The notes under the pieces were generated by a model. It saw only the letters and a program-made list of their open reading frames with translations. It had not been told where the DNA came from and made no database searches. From an uncultured Bacilli bacterium (GTDB lineage Bacteria; Bacillota_I; Bacilli_A; RF39; UBA660): a stretch of 64,000 nt of DNA. Positions within the stretch are counted from its first letter, which is position 1. Each line of letters starts with the position of its first letter. Made by a program: the position numbers and the translations under genes. The stretch is from the NCBI GenBank assembly GCA_947631295.1, contig CANRKU010000001.1, positions 6,690 to 70,689 of the forward strand, read 5' to 3'. Below, one piece after another: positions 22,301 to 31,260 of the stretch.

Positions 22301-22504
22301 CAAATAGGAGAAGATATTAGTTATCCATTCCAAAATAGAAATCAACAAAAAGAAATAACAGAACAAGAACAAGAAGATATATTAAAACAAATGAAAGAAA
22401 TTAAGAAGAAAAAAAATCCAGAATTAATCATGCATCATATTATCTTTCAAAAAGGAAAACTTTTTCAATTAGAAGAAGAAGAAGAAGCTATCAAACGTCG
22501 TTAA
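19334..22504 (+). CDS. BspA-type leucine-rich-repeat protein, paralog 1 (variable N-terminal LRR region + conserved about 560-aa C-terminal module); no signal peptide
   Basis: LRR_5-type units (IPDSV.SIGD.AF..C.SL) occupy the first about 230 aa. The C-terminal 1.68 kb is nearly identical to that of paralogs 2 and 3. The ATG at 19334 follows an AAGGTG RBS. Confidence 0.85.
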   Translation: MKITNNVLIKVTNDDLINGTFTIPDGIVSIGDSAFDFCSHLESVIIPDSVISIGDFAFNYCESLHSVIIPDSVVHMGKTVFHQCKSLQSVILSTNLTSIEDFTFRSCQSLISITIPKMVTKIGNYAFSNCLSLKSINGLEGVVELGDRTFQNCKSLSSIELSENLIDIGQEAFSNCESLTSIMIPKKVKKIKKATFDGCHSLISISLSDSIESIETKAFNNCPIENINTPWGDYHITHPTTENVASSYLYLYVNSILQEKFSSLADFINTNNSIYDCFMNNNYLLDQNAIQKFKNLFYKMRRTYDINGNLFHSMDLEITDKFNLNTWNRIKNVFDWRDTSELAQSFSEMMKVFGLFENDSEKEKRISDFIHFFREDDFFLTSKQFSDLISCYSNMSQVIVDSFEKKEKKSIVCKPNVDIPTQFQPYLKKELSDQVIKYIKRLDGSYGKRINDFVKENYETHYFEIYQLKEEYCNNNHSINHLLFYHDLLGHINYSSLHRIFDGCELKFNPDFYHFFRDNLEFILQDEKLQSQVKNIQKNFEKMKNHYFNQSGVKEITLKQALDYLENITFDYHDGNYELALDVKRAGVKNEEAFLYYQKVFEENDVRKLSSLIKRSHIYEIDGYTIQAELLRKDDSFGMLVGEVNYTDCCQAFGDLGHNCMAHAVSSDDGGIFVTRLLKDGEWILLTESWDWQNNNIYCHDNIEGTPYFKKDERLKKAVAEVYRLDGEAIIEKSKEEVLKYIKTRRKVIEKSSLPNKEKELELLRELEQREVIRLVTVGSGNDDLGLSRYFQRSIQVNQEQIIASQRFTLENFQPVNYNSNQPYFDETHGSYTDSGIKQYMIAGSIEELCLGKLEPLVPIYRDERRVILEEKENIRNYTVNKIKNMEKEIYPKEMYQYQTSHQDDFSDSNIYLGEDWYLIYEEKEDNGIYISDLVKTTPTLGDEIKDQNQEIMKVIYDLVRKYDYIEADLKEDTSYLLYLINKKLGYFEQIGEDISYPFQNRNQQKEITEQEQEDILKQMKEIKKKKNPELIMHHIIFQKGKLFQLEEEEEAIKRR

Positions 22505-22640
22505 TTTTAGTTATCAAAAAAAGAAATAAAATAAACAAGAATAGGAGGTGAAAGGTATGCAAGTAATGAATGGTGTATTAACAGATGTTGAAGATAAAGA
22601 TATTATGAATGGTACTTTTATATTTCCTGAAGGAGTTACC
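20827..22640 (+). repeat. direct repeat copy 1 of about 1.8 kb (3' end of LRR gene 1 + intergenic + 5' head of gene 2)
   Basis: Nucleotide-level identity with 23936..25750 was judged by eye at essentially 100% over more than 1.6 kb. Confidence 0.8.
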
Positions 22641-25613
22641 AGTATAGGAGATTATGCTTTTGATCATTGCAAATCCTTAATTTCCATTATTATACCTGAA
22701 GGAGTTACTAGTATAGGAGATTATGCTTTTGCTAGTTGTAGATCCTTAACCTCAATTAATCTACCTGAAGGAGTTACCAGTATAGGAGATTATGCTTTTT
22801 TCCACTGTAGCCACTTAACTTCCATTACTATACCTGAAGGAGTTACCAGTATAGGAGCTTGTGCTTTTTATGATTGTATATCCTTAACTTCCATTACTAT
22901 ACCCGAAGGAGTTACTAGTATAGGATATTCTGCTTTTTGGAATTGTAACCCCTTAACTTCCATTACACTACCTGAAAGTATCACCAATATAGAAAAATCT
23001 GCTTTTGATGATTGTTCAATAAAAGAATTTCATACACCTTGGGGTAGTTGTGTAATGGGTGATTGTACTACCAAAGACATAATTCAAAAATATTTATATT
23101 TATATGCAAATTCTATTTTGAAAGAAAAATATTTATCTTTTGATGATTTCTTATCTAGTAATGATTTTATTTATGAATTTTTTGATGGTGCTATTATTTA
23201 TCATACCAACGCTATCATAAAATTCAAAAACTTATTTTACAAAATGAGAAAAGACTTTGATATTCCAAACGGACTATTTAATAGAATGAGCGTAGAAATG
23301 ACTGAAAAATTTGATTTGAAAACATGGAATCGTATTAAAAATATCTTTGATTGGCGAGGTTCTCCTGAAATGACAGAAGCATTTAATGAAATAATAGCAG
23401 TCTTTGGATTATTTGAAGAGGATAACGAAAAAGAAAAAAGAATTTTAGATTTTATCGATCTTTTTCAGAGAAAATCTTATATCATAACGAATGATGATTA
23501 TTTTAGAATGGATGATAATATTCATCCTTATTTTGAAAAAATAGAAACAACTTGTATGTTATTAAAAGAAAAAACAGATATTCTTACTAAATTTCAACTT
23601 TATTTAAAAAGAAGATTATCAGAATCGGAAATTAAGAAAATTAAAAAGTTAAATGGTACTTATGGGAAACAAATTAATGAGTTTTTAAAAGAAAAAACAG
23701 ATATTTCTACTCAATTTCAACCTTATTTAAAAAGAAGGTTATCAGAATCAGAAATTAGGAAAATTAAAAAATTAACTGGTACTTATGGAAAACAAATTAA
23801 TGAGTTTTTAAAAGATTATTATCAAGTTAGTATGGTAAAAGATTATCAATTAAAAGAAGAGTATTTGAATCAAAAAGACATTAAAAAGTATTTATTTTTT
23901 AAAACTGATTTACATGGTTATCTTACATATCATAGTCTTCATCGTATATTTGATGGATGTGAATTAACATTTCAACCTGATTTTTATCATTTCTTCATGG
24001 ATAATTTAGAATTTATTTTACAGGATGAAAAATTACAGTCTCAAGTAAAAAATATCCAGAAGAATTTTGAAAAAATGAAAAATCATTATTTCAATCAATC
24101 AGGAGTAAAAGAAATCACTTTAAAACAAGCACTTGATTATTTAGAAAATATTACCTTTGATTATCATGATGGAAATTATGAATTAGCACTGGATGTCAAA
24201 AGAGCTGGGGTAAAGAATGAAGAAGCCTTTCTTTATTATCAAAAAGTATTTGAAGAAAATGATGTTAGAAAATTAAGTTCTTTAATAAAAAGAAGCCATA
24301 TTTATGAAATTGATGGCTATACGATTCAAGCAGAATTATTAAGAAAAGACGATAGTTTTGGTATGTTAGTAGGAGAAGTTAACTATACCGATTGTTGTCA
24401 AGCATTTGGTGATTTAGGTCATAATTGTATGGCCCATGCAGTAAGTAGTGATGATGGAGGAATCTTTGTTACCAGATTATTAAAAGATGGAGAATGGATT
24501 TTACTAACAGAGTCATGGGATTGGCAGAATAATAATATTTATTGTCATGATAATATCGAAGGAACACCTTATTTCAAAAAAGATGAAAGATTAAAAAAAG
24601 CAGTAGCAGAGGTTTATCGTTTAGATGGAGAAGCTATTATTGAAAAAAGTAAAGAAGAGGTATTAAAATATATAAAAACAAGAAGAAAAGTAATTGAGAA
24701 ATCATCATTACCTAATAAAGAAAAAGAATTGGAATTATTAAGAGAGTTAGAACAAAGAGAAGTAATTCGCTTAGTAACAGTAGGATCTGGAAATGATGAT
24801 TTAGGACTTTCTCGTTATTTTCAAAGATCCATTCAAGTAAATCAAGAACAGATTATCGCCTCACAAAGATTTACCTTAGAAAACTTTCAACCAGTTAATT
24901 ATAATTCAAATCAACCATATTTTGATGAGACTCATGGTTCTTATACTGATAGCGGTATAAAACAGTATATGATAGCAGGAAGTATAGAAGAATTATGTTT
25001 GGGGAAATTAGAACCATTAGTACCTATTTATCGAGATGAAAGAAGAGTCATCTTAGAAGAGAAAGAAAATATTAGAAATTATACGGTAAATAAAATCAAG
25101 AATATGGAAAAAGAAATTTATCCAAAAGAGATGTATCAATATCAAACATCTCATCAAGATGATTTTAGTGATTCTAATATTTATTTAGGAGAAGATTGGT
25201 ACTTAATTTATGAGGAAAAAGAAGATAATGGTATTTATATATCTGATTTAGTGAAAACAACTCCAACATTAGGAGATGAAATAAAGGATCAAAATCAAGA
25301 AATTATGAAAGTAATCTATGATTTAGTAAGAAAATATGATTATATCGAAGCAGATTTAAAAGAGGATACCTCCTATTTATTATATTTAATCAATAAAAAG
25401 TTAGGATATTTTGAACAAATAGGAGAAGATATTAGTTATCCATTCCAAAATAGAAATCAACAAAAAGAAATAACAGAACAAGAACAAGAAGATATATTAA
25501 AACAAATGAAAGAAATTAAGAAGAAAAAAAATCCAGAATTAATCATGCATCATATTACCTTTCAAAAAGGAAAACTTTTTCAATTAGAAGAAGAAGCTAT
25601 CAAACATCGTTAA
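22557..25613 (+). CDS. BspA-type leucine-rich-repeat protein, paralog 2 (contains an internal 120-nt tandem duplication)
   Basis: AGGAGGTGA RBS. Carries LRR units of type IPEGVTSIGDYAF..C.SLTSI and the same C-terminal module as paralog 1. Confidence 0.85.
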   Translation: MQVMNGVLTDVEDKDIMNGTFIFPEGVTSIGDYAFDHCKSLISIIIPEGVTSIGDYAFASCRSLTSINLPEGVTSIGDYAFFHCSHLTSITIPEGVTSIGACAFYDCISLTSITIPEGVTSIGYSAFWNCNPLTSITLPESITNIEKSAFDDCSIKEFHTPWGSCVMGDCTTKDIIQKYLYLYANSILKEKYLSFDDFLSSNDFIYEFFDGAIIYHTNAIIKFKNLFYKMRKDFDIPNGLFNRMSVEMTEKFDLKTWNRIKNIFDWRGSPEMTEAFNEIIAVFGLFEEDNEKEKRILDFIDLFQRKSYIITNDDYFRMDDNIHPYFEKIETTCMLLKEKTDILTKFQLYLKRRLSESEIKKIKKLNGTYGKQINEFLKEKTDISTQFQPYLKRRLSESEIRKIKKLTGTYGKQINEFLKDYYQVSMVKDYQLKEEYLNQKDIKKYLFFKTDLHGYLTYHSLHRIFDGCELTFQPDFYHFFMDNLEFILQDEKLQSQVKNIQKNFEKMKNHYFNQSGVKEITLKQALDYLENITFDYHDGNYELALDVKRAGVKNEEAFLYYQKVFEENDVRKLSSLIKRSHIYEIDGYTIQAELLRKDDSFGMLVGEVNYTDCCQAFGDLGHNCMAHAVSSDDGGIFVTRLLKDGEWILLTESWDWQNNNIYCHDNIEGTPYFKKDERLKKAVAEVYRLDGEAIIEKSKEEVLKYIKTRRKVIEKSSLPNKEKELELLRELEQREVIRLVTVGSGNDDLGLSRYFQRSIQVNQEQIIASQRFTLENFQPVNYNSNQPYFDETHGSYTDSGIKQYMIAGSIEELCLGKLEPLVPIYRDERRVILEEKENIRNYTVNKIKNMEKEIYPKEMYQYQTSHQDDFSDSNIYLGEDWYLIYEEKEDNGIYISDLVKTTPTLGDEIKDQNQEIMKVIYDLVRKYDYIEADLKEDTSYLLYLINKKLGYFEQIGEDISYPFQNRNQQKEITEQEQEDILKQMKEIKKKKNPELIMHHITFQKGKLFQLEEEAIKHR

Positions 25614-25750
25614 TTTTTAGTTATTAAAAAAATAAAATAAACAAGAATAGGAGGTGAAAGGTATGCAAGTAATGAATGGTGTATTAACAGATGTTAAAGA
25701 TGATGATATTATGAATGGTACTTTTATATTTCCTGAAGGAGTTACCAGTA
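23936..25750 (+). repeat. direct repeat copy 2 of about 1.8 kb
   Basis: Identical to copy 1, and to copy 3 from about 27421 onward. Confidence 0.8.
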
Positions 25751-28700
25751 TAGGAAGAGGGGCTTTTTATGGTTGTTGGTCTTTAATTTCCATTACTATA
25801 CCAGAAGGAGTTATCAGTATAGGAGATTATGCTTTTTATAATTGTAAATCCTTAACTTTAATTACTATACCTAAAGGAGTTACCAGTATAGGAAAAAATG
25901 CTTTTGAGCATTGTAGCTCCTTAACTTCCATTACTATACCCAAAGGAGTTACTAGTATAGGATATTCTGCTTTTGCTAGTTGTAGATCCTTAACCTCAAT
26001 TACACTACCTAAAAGTATCACCAGTATAGGAAAATTTGCTTTTGATAGTTGTAGATCTTTAACCACAATTAATCTACCCGAAGGAGTTACCAGTATAGGA
26101 ACTGCTGCTTTTAATGGTTGTAGATCTTTAACCTCAATTAATCTACCCGAAGGAGTTACTAGTATAGGAGATTATGCTTTTTGGAATTGTAGATCCTTAA
26201 CTTCCATTACTATACCCGAAGGAGTTACTAGTATAGGATATTCTGCTTTTAATGGTTGTAGATCTTTAACCTCAATTAATCTACCCGAAGGAGTTACCAG
26301 TATAGGAGATGCTGCTTTTGATGATTGCTCAATACATGAACTACATACACCATGGGGTAGTTGTGAAATGGATGATTGTACTACCGAAGATATAATTCAA
26401 AAATATTTATATTTATATGCAAATTCTATTTTGAAAGAAAAATATTCATCTCTTGATGATTTCTTATCTAGTAATGATTTTATTTATGAATTTTTTGATG
26501 GTGCTATTATTTATCATACCAACGCTATCATAAAATTCAAAAACTTATTTTATAAAATGAGAAAAGACTTTGATATTTCTACAGAACTATGTGATAGAAT
26601 GAACCTAGAAATGACTGAAAAATTTAAGTTGAAGACATGGAATCGTATTAAAAATGTTTTTGATTGGCGTGATTCTATTGAAATGACAGAAGCCTTTAAT
26701 GAAATAATAGCAGTCTTTGGATTATTTGAAAATGATTTAGAAAAAGAAACTAGAATTTTAGATTTTATCGATCTTTTTGAAGAAAAATCTTATATCATAA
26801 CGAATGATGATTCTTTTGGAATGGATGTTAATAGTACGTCTTATTGCGAAAAAATAGAAACAACTTGTATGTTATTAAAGGATGGAATAGATATTCCTAC
26901 TGAATTTCAACCTTATTTAAAAGTAAGACTATCAGAATCAGAAATTAAGAAAATTAAAAAATTAACTGGTACTTATGGAAAACAAATCAATGAGTTTTTA
27001 AAATATTATTATCAGGTTAATATTTTCAAAGATTATCAATTAAAAAAAGAATATTTAGATCAAGAAGATATTAAAAAACGTATATTTTTTAAAACTGATT
27101 GGTATGGTCATCTTACATATCATAGTCTTCATCGTATATTTGATGGATGTGAATTAAAATTTAATCCTGATTTTTATCATTTCTTGATGGATAATTTAGA
27201 ATTTATTTTACATGATGAAAAACTACAGTCTGAAGTAAAAAATATCCAGAAGAATTTTGAAAAAATGAAAAAACATTATCTCTTTCAATCAGGAACTACA
27301 GAAATTACTTTAAAACAAGCTCTTGATTATTTAGAAAATATTACTTTTGATTATCATGATAGAAATTATGAATTAGCATTAGATGTTAAAAGAGCTGGGG
27401 TAAACGATGAAGAAGCTTTTCTTTATTATCAAAAAGTATTTGAAGAAAATGATGTTAGAAAATTAAGTTCTTTAATAAAAAGAAGCCATATTTATGAAAT
27501 TGATGGCTATACGATTCAAGCAGAATTATTAAGAAAAGACGATAGTTTTGGTATGTTAGTAGGAGAAGTTAACTATACCGATTGTTGTCAAGCATTTGGT
27601 GATTTAGGTCATAATTGTATGGCCCATGCAGTAAGTAGTGATGATGGAGGAATCTTTGTTACCAGATTATTAAAAGATGGAGAATGGATTTTACTAACAG
27701 AGTCATGGGATTGGCAGAATAATAATATTTATTGTCATGATAATATCGAAGGAACACCTTATTTCAAAAAAGATGAAAGATTAAAAAAAGCAGTAGCAGA
27801 GGTTTATCGTTTAGATGGAGAAGCTATTATTGAAAAAAGTAAAGAAGAGGTATTAAAATATATAAAAACAAGAAGAAAAGTAATTGAGAAATCATCATTA
27901 CCTAATAAAGAAAAAGAATTGGAATTATTAAGAGAGTTAGAACAAAGAGAAGTAATTCGCTTAGTAACAGTAGGATCTGGAAATGATGATTTAGGACTTT
28001 CTCGTTATTTTCAAAGATCCATTCAAGTAAATCAAGAACAGATTATCGCCTCACAAAGATTTACCTTAGAAAACTTTCAACCAGTTAATTATAATTCAAA
28101 TCAACCATATTTTGATGAGACTCATGGTTCTTATACTGATAGCGGTATAAAACAGTATATGATAGCAGGAAGTATAGAAGAATTATGTTTGGGGAAATTA
28201 GAACCATTAGTACCTATTTATCGAGATGAAAGAAGAGTCATCTTAGAAGAGAAAGAAAATATTAGAAATTATACGGTAAATAAAATCAAGAATATGGAAA
28301 AAGAAATTTATCCAAAAGAGATGTATCAATATCAAACATCTCATCAAGATGATTTTAGTGATTCTAATATTTATTTAGGAGAAGATTGGTACTTAATTTA
28401 TGAGGAAAAAGAAGATAATGGTATTTATATATCTGATTTAGTGAAAACAACTCCAACATTAGGAGATGAAATAAAGGATCAAAATCAAGAAATTATGAAA
28501 GTAATCTATGATTTAGTAAGAAAATATGATTATATCGAAGCAGATTTAAAAGAGGATACCTCCTATTTATTATATTTAATCAATAAAAAGTTAGGATATT
28601 TTGAACAAATAGGAGAAGATATTAGTTATCCATTCCAAAATAGAAATCAACAAAAAGAAATAACAGAACAAGAACAAGAAGATATATTAAAACAAATGAA

Positions 28701-28803
28701 AGAAATTAAGAAGAAAAAAAATCCAGAATTAATCATGCATCATATTACCTTTCAAAAAGGAAAACTTTTTCAATTAGAAGAAGAAGCTATCAAACATCGT
28801 TAA
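25663..28803 (+). CDS. BspA-type leucine-rich-repeat protein, paralog 3 (expanded array of about 9 near-identical 23-aa LRR units)
   Basis: The 5' 95 nt and the upstream intergenic region are near-identical to paralog 2. The C-terminal module is identical except for a diverged patch of about 300 nt (27180-27420). Confidence 0.85.
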   Translation: MQVMNGVLTDVKDDDIMNGTFIFPEGVTSIGRGAFYGCWSLISITIPEGVISIGDYAFYNCKSLTLITIPKGVTSIGKNAFEHCSSLTSITIPKGVTSIGYSAFASCRSLTSITLPKSITSIGKFAFDSCRSLTTINLPEGVTSIGTAAFNGCRSLTSINLPEGVTSIGDYAFWNCRSLTSITIPEGVTSIGYSAFNGCRSLTSINLPEGVTSIGDAAFDDCSIHELHTPWGSCEMDDCTTEDIIQKYLYLYANSILKEKYSSLDDFLSSNDFIYEFFDGAIIYHTNAIIKFKNLFYKMRKDFDISTELCDRMNLEMTEKFKLKTWNRIKNVFDWRDSIEMTEAFNEIIAVFGLFENDLEKETRILDFIDLFEEKSYIITNDDSFGMDVNSTSYCEKIETTCMLLKDGIDIPTEFQPYLKVRLSESEIKKIKKLTGTYGKQINEFLKYYYQVNIFKDYQLKKEYLDQEDIKKRIFFKTDWYGHLTYHSLHRIFDGCELKFNPDFYHFLMDNLEFILHDEKLQSEVKNIQKNFEKMKKHYLFQSGTTEITLKQALDYLENITFDYHDRNYELALDVKRAGVNDEEAFLYYQKVFEENDVRKLSSLIKRSHIYEIDGYTIQAELLRKDDSFGMLVGEVNYTDCCQAFGDLGHNCMAHAVSSDDGGIFVTRLLKDGEWILLTESWDWQNNNIYCHDNIEGTPYFKKDERLKKAVAEVYRLDGEAIIEKSKEEVLKYIKTRRKVIEKSSLPNKEKELELLRELEQREVIRLVTVGSGNDDLGLSRYFQRSIQVNQEQIIASQRFTLENFQPVNYNSNQPYFDETHGSYTDSGIKQYMIAGSIEELCLGKLEPLVPIYRDERRVILEEKENIRNYTVNKIKNMEKEIYPKEMYQYQTSHQDDFSDSNIYLGEDWYLIYEEKEDNGIYISDLVKTTPTLGDEIKDQNQEIMKVIYDLVRKYDYIEADLKEDTSYLLYLINKKLGYFEQIGEDISYPFQNRNQQKEITEQEQEDILKQMKEIKKKKNPELIMHHITFQKGKLFQLEEEAIKHR
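27118..28803 (+). repeat. direct repeat copy 3 (3' module only; diverged 27180-27420)
   Basis: Same sequence as copies 1 and 2 apart from a patch of clustered substitutions. No head segment follows because cvpA comes next. Confidence 0.8.
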
Positions 28804-28865
28804 TTTTTAGTTATCAAAATTAATAAAATGCGCTATAATGAATATAATAAGGAAGGGTGAAGTAT

Positions 28866-29579
28866 ATGAGTATTGTAGATGCACTAATTATATTAATGAT
28901 TTTAGTTTTTGGTGCAAAAGGCTTTAAAAATGGAGTTTTTAAACAATTGGTAACAACAGTTGGTTTTGTGATTGTAGTAATACTTGCATTTTATCTAAAG
29001 AATCCTATTGCTGAATTTTTAAGTTTACATTTACCATTTTTTACATTTGGTGGAACTTTTGCTAATGTAGCTAGTATTAATATAATTTTATATCAATTAA
29101 TTTCTTTTATCTTAGTAATTGTTGTCTTAGAGGCAATTCTAAATATTTTGATTAAATTCACAGGAATTCTTGAAAAAATATTAAAATTTACTATTATTTT
29201 AGGAATACCATCTAAAATATTAGGATTTATAGTGGGAATAGTAGAAGGTTTTATTGTTACTTTTTTAATTTTATTTTTCTTACGACAACCTGGATTTAAT
29301 CTTAAAATATTTGATGATAGTAAATTAACAAATCCTATTTTAAAATCAACACCAGTATTATCACAAGTAGCAGGAAATTTTGTTAATACATTTCAAGATT
29401 TATATGAATTAGGAAATGATTATTATGAACAACAAATGGATGAAAATACATTAAATTTAAAATCTATTGAAGTGATGCTTAAACATAAGATTATTACTCC
29501 CGATTATATTGTTAAATTGGTTGATGCCCATAAAATAGATGTAGTTGGAATTGATAATATTGTTAATAATTATAGATAG
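28866..29579 (+). CDS. cvpA: CvpA-family (colicin V production protein-like) membrane protein
   Basis: N-terminal TM helices carry the CvpA-like motif (IDALIILMILVFGAKGFKNGVFKQL). The ATG follows an AAGGAAGGGTGA RBS. Confidence 0.7.
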   Translation: MSIVDALIILMILVFGAKGFKNGVFKQLVTTVGFVIVVILAFYLKNPIAEFLSLHLPFFTFGGTFANVASINIILYQLISFILVIVVLEAILNILIKFTGILEKILKFTIILGIPSKILGFIVGIVEGFIVTFLILFFLRQPGFNLKIFDDSKLTNPILKSTPVLSQVAGNFVNTFQDLYELGNDYYEQQMDENTLNLKSIEVMLKHKIITPDYIVKLVDAHKIDVVGIDNIVNNYR

Positions 29580-29588
29580 GAGAGAAAT

Positions 29589-29897
29589 ATGTTAGATTTA
29601 GAAGATCAGAGTTTTAAAGATGAAATACAAAACGGGTTAGTATTAGTAGATTTTTATGCAACTTGGTGTGGACCATGTAAAATGATGCATCCTGTTATAG
29701 AAGAAATTCATAATTGTAATCAAGATTTGAAAATTATTAAAGTGGATGTAGATAAACATGATGAATTAGCTAGAGAATATGGTATTATGAGTATTCCAAC
29801 ATTGATTCTTTTTAAAGAAGGAAAAATGGTGGAAAAAAATATTGGTTATCTATCAAAAGAACAGTTAGATGATTGGATTAAAAATTATAGAAAATAG
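29589..29897 (+). CDS. trxA: thioredoxin
   Basis: 102 aa containing the WCGPCK active site. Confidence 0.95.
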   Translation: MLDLEDQSFKDEIQNGLVLVDFYATWCGPCKMMHPVIEEIHNCNQDLKIIKVDVDKHDELAREYGIMSIPTLILFKEGKMVEKNIGYLSKEQLDDWIKNYRK

Positions 29898-29938
29898 AAC
29901 TTTTTTCCTTTTTGGAAAAGAGTTTTTCTTTTTTTCTT
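29898..29938 (+). terminator. rho-independent terminator after trxA
   Basis: The hairpin GAACTTTTTTCC-TTTT-GGAAAAGAGTT is followed by a long T tract. The downstream ftsA has its own extended -10 (TGTATAAT). Confidence 0.5.
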
Positions 29939-30001
29939 TTCAATCATTCTATTTTATTGTATAATGAATTATAAGAATGGTAGAAAGAAGGAGCTAAGTA
30001 G

Positions 30002-31249
30002 ATGAAAAAAATATATACTGGTATTGATCTTGGCAGTTATAGTATTAAGATTGTAGTATGTGAAATAGTTAATCATAAATTTCATGTGCTAGCTGCTTCT
30101 AATACTAGGTGTAAGGGTATTAAAAATGGAATTGTTACTGATTTAGATAATGCTAAAATTTATTTAGAACAGGCTAAAAAAAATGTAGAAGAGATGTTAG
30201 GTATTTCTATTGATCAGGCAATTGTTACTGTTCCTTCTATTGATAGAACTTTTGATATTGTAGAAGGAAAAGTAAATGTGGAAGATGAAAATAAAATTGT
30301 TTCTGCTAATGATATCAATAATGTTTTTCAAGAAGCTGTATTAGGCCATATAGAGGAGTCTAGGGAATTAATTACTATTACGCCGATTTCTTTTCAGGTT
30401 GATAATATGGAACCAGTTAAAGATCCAAAGGGTTTAGAAGGGGAGACTTTATCTGTAAAAGCGGTCATTAGTACTATTCCTAAAGCTAATTTGAAGAGTG
30501 TGGTTAATTTGTTAAAAATATGTGGAATTGAAACAGTGGATGTTACATATGGTTCCGTTGGCGATTATTATGAAGCTAAAAATTTAGATTTTGATAAAAG
30601 TATTTCTGCTATTATTAATATTGGTTATTCTAAAACAGATGTTTCTATTTTTAATAAAGGAATTATGATAAAAAATAGTATTATTGATAGTGGTAGTAAG
30701 TTAATTGATAAAGACTTAGCTTATGTTTATAATTTAAAACGTAGTCAGGCAAGGGCTTTAAAAGAAAGTTTTGCTGTTAGTAATACTAGATATTCCGATG
30801 TGAGTGATACTATAGAATTACGAAATAAAAATGGGGAAGATATCATACTAAATCAATTAGAAGTTTCTGAAGTGGTGGAATCTAGGTTAGTAGACTTATT
30901 AAAGACAGCGAAAAAAGAAATTAATATCTTAACAAATCGTGAAATTAGTTATATAATAATCACAGGGGGAATAAGCGAACTAGCAGGTTTTGAATATGTA
31001 GTCGAAAATGTTTTTGATAGAAGATGCTCTACACTTGATATTCGTACGATGGGCATTCGTAATAATATGTATTCTAGTAGTTATGGAATTATAAAATATT
31101 TTCATAATAAGCTTGATTTAAGAGGTTTATCTTATTCTATGGTAAGTGAGAAAGAAGCAAATAATTTAGTATCAACAAACGAAAAATCGTCTAATAATTT
31201 TCATGATAACATTATCAGTAAAGTATTTGGATATTTTTCAGGCGAATAG
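30002..31249 (+). CDS. ftsA: cell division protein FtsA
   Basis: Actin-like ATPase N-terminus ([16 protein letters not shown]). It lies upstream of ftsZ. Confidence 0.9.
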   Translation: MKKIYTGIDLGSYSIKIVVCEIVNHKFHVLAASNTRCKGIKNGIVTDLDNAKIYLEQAKKNVEEMLGISIDQAIVTVPSIDRTFDIVEGKVNVEDENKIVSANDINNVFQEAVLGHIEESRELITITPISFQVDNMEPVKDPKGLEGETLSVKAVISTIPKANLKSVVNLLKICGIETVDVTYGSVGDYYEAKNLDFDKSISAIINIGYSKTDVSIFNKGIMIKNSIIDSGSKLIDKDLAYVYNLKRSQARALKESFAVSNTRYSDVSDTIELRNKNGEDIILNQLEVSEVVESRLVDLLKTAKKEINILTNREISYIIITGGISELAGFEYVVENVFDRRCSTLDIRTMGIRNNMYSSSYGIIKYFHNKLDLRGLSYSMVSEKEANNLVSTNEKSSNNFHDNIISKVFGYFSGE

Positions 31250-31260
31250 GGAGGATTTAT

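Noticed and set aside
25836-26066. 76-aa minus-strand ORF inside LRR paralog 3
   Set aside because: An artefact of the 69-nt periodic LRR coding repeats being open in the antisense frame. It overlaps a strongly supported CDS.
25663-26330. CRISPR-like regular repeats
   Set aside because: The regular 69-nt repeats are in-frame LRR coding units with no unique spacers and no cas genes. No CRISPR array is present in the window.
19334-28803. Mobile element (IS/transposon) causing the triplicated block
   Set aside because: No transposase, integrase, inverted terminal repeats or target-site duplications were seen. The repeats are direct, coding and in-frame, consistent with tandem gene duplication/conversion rather than transposition.
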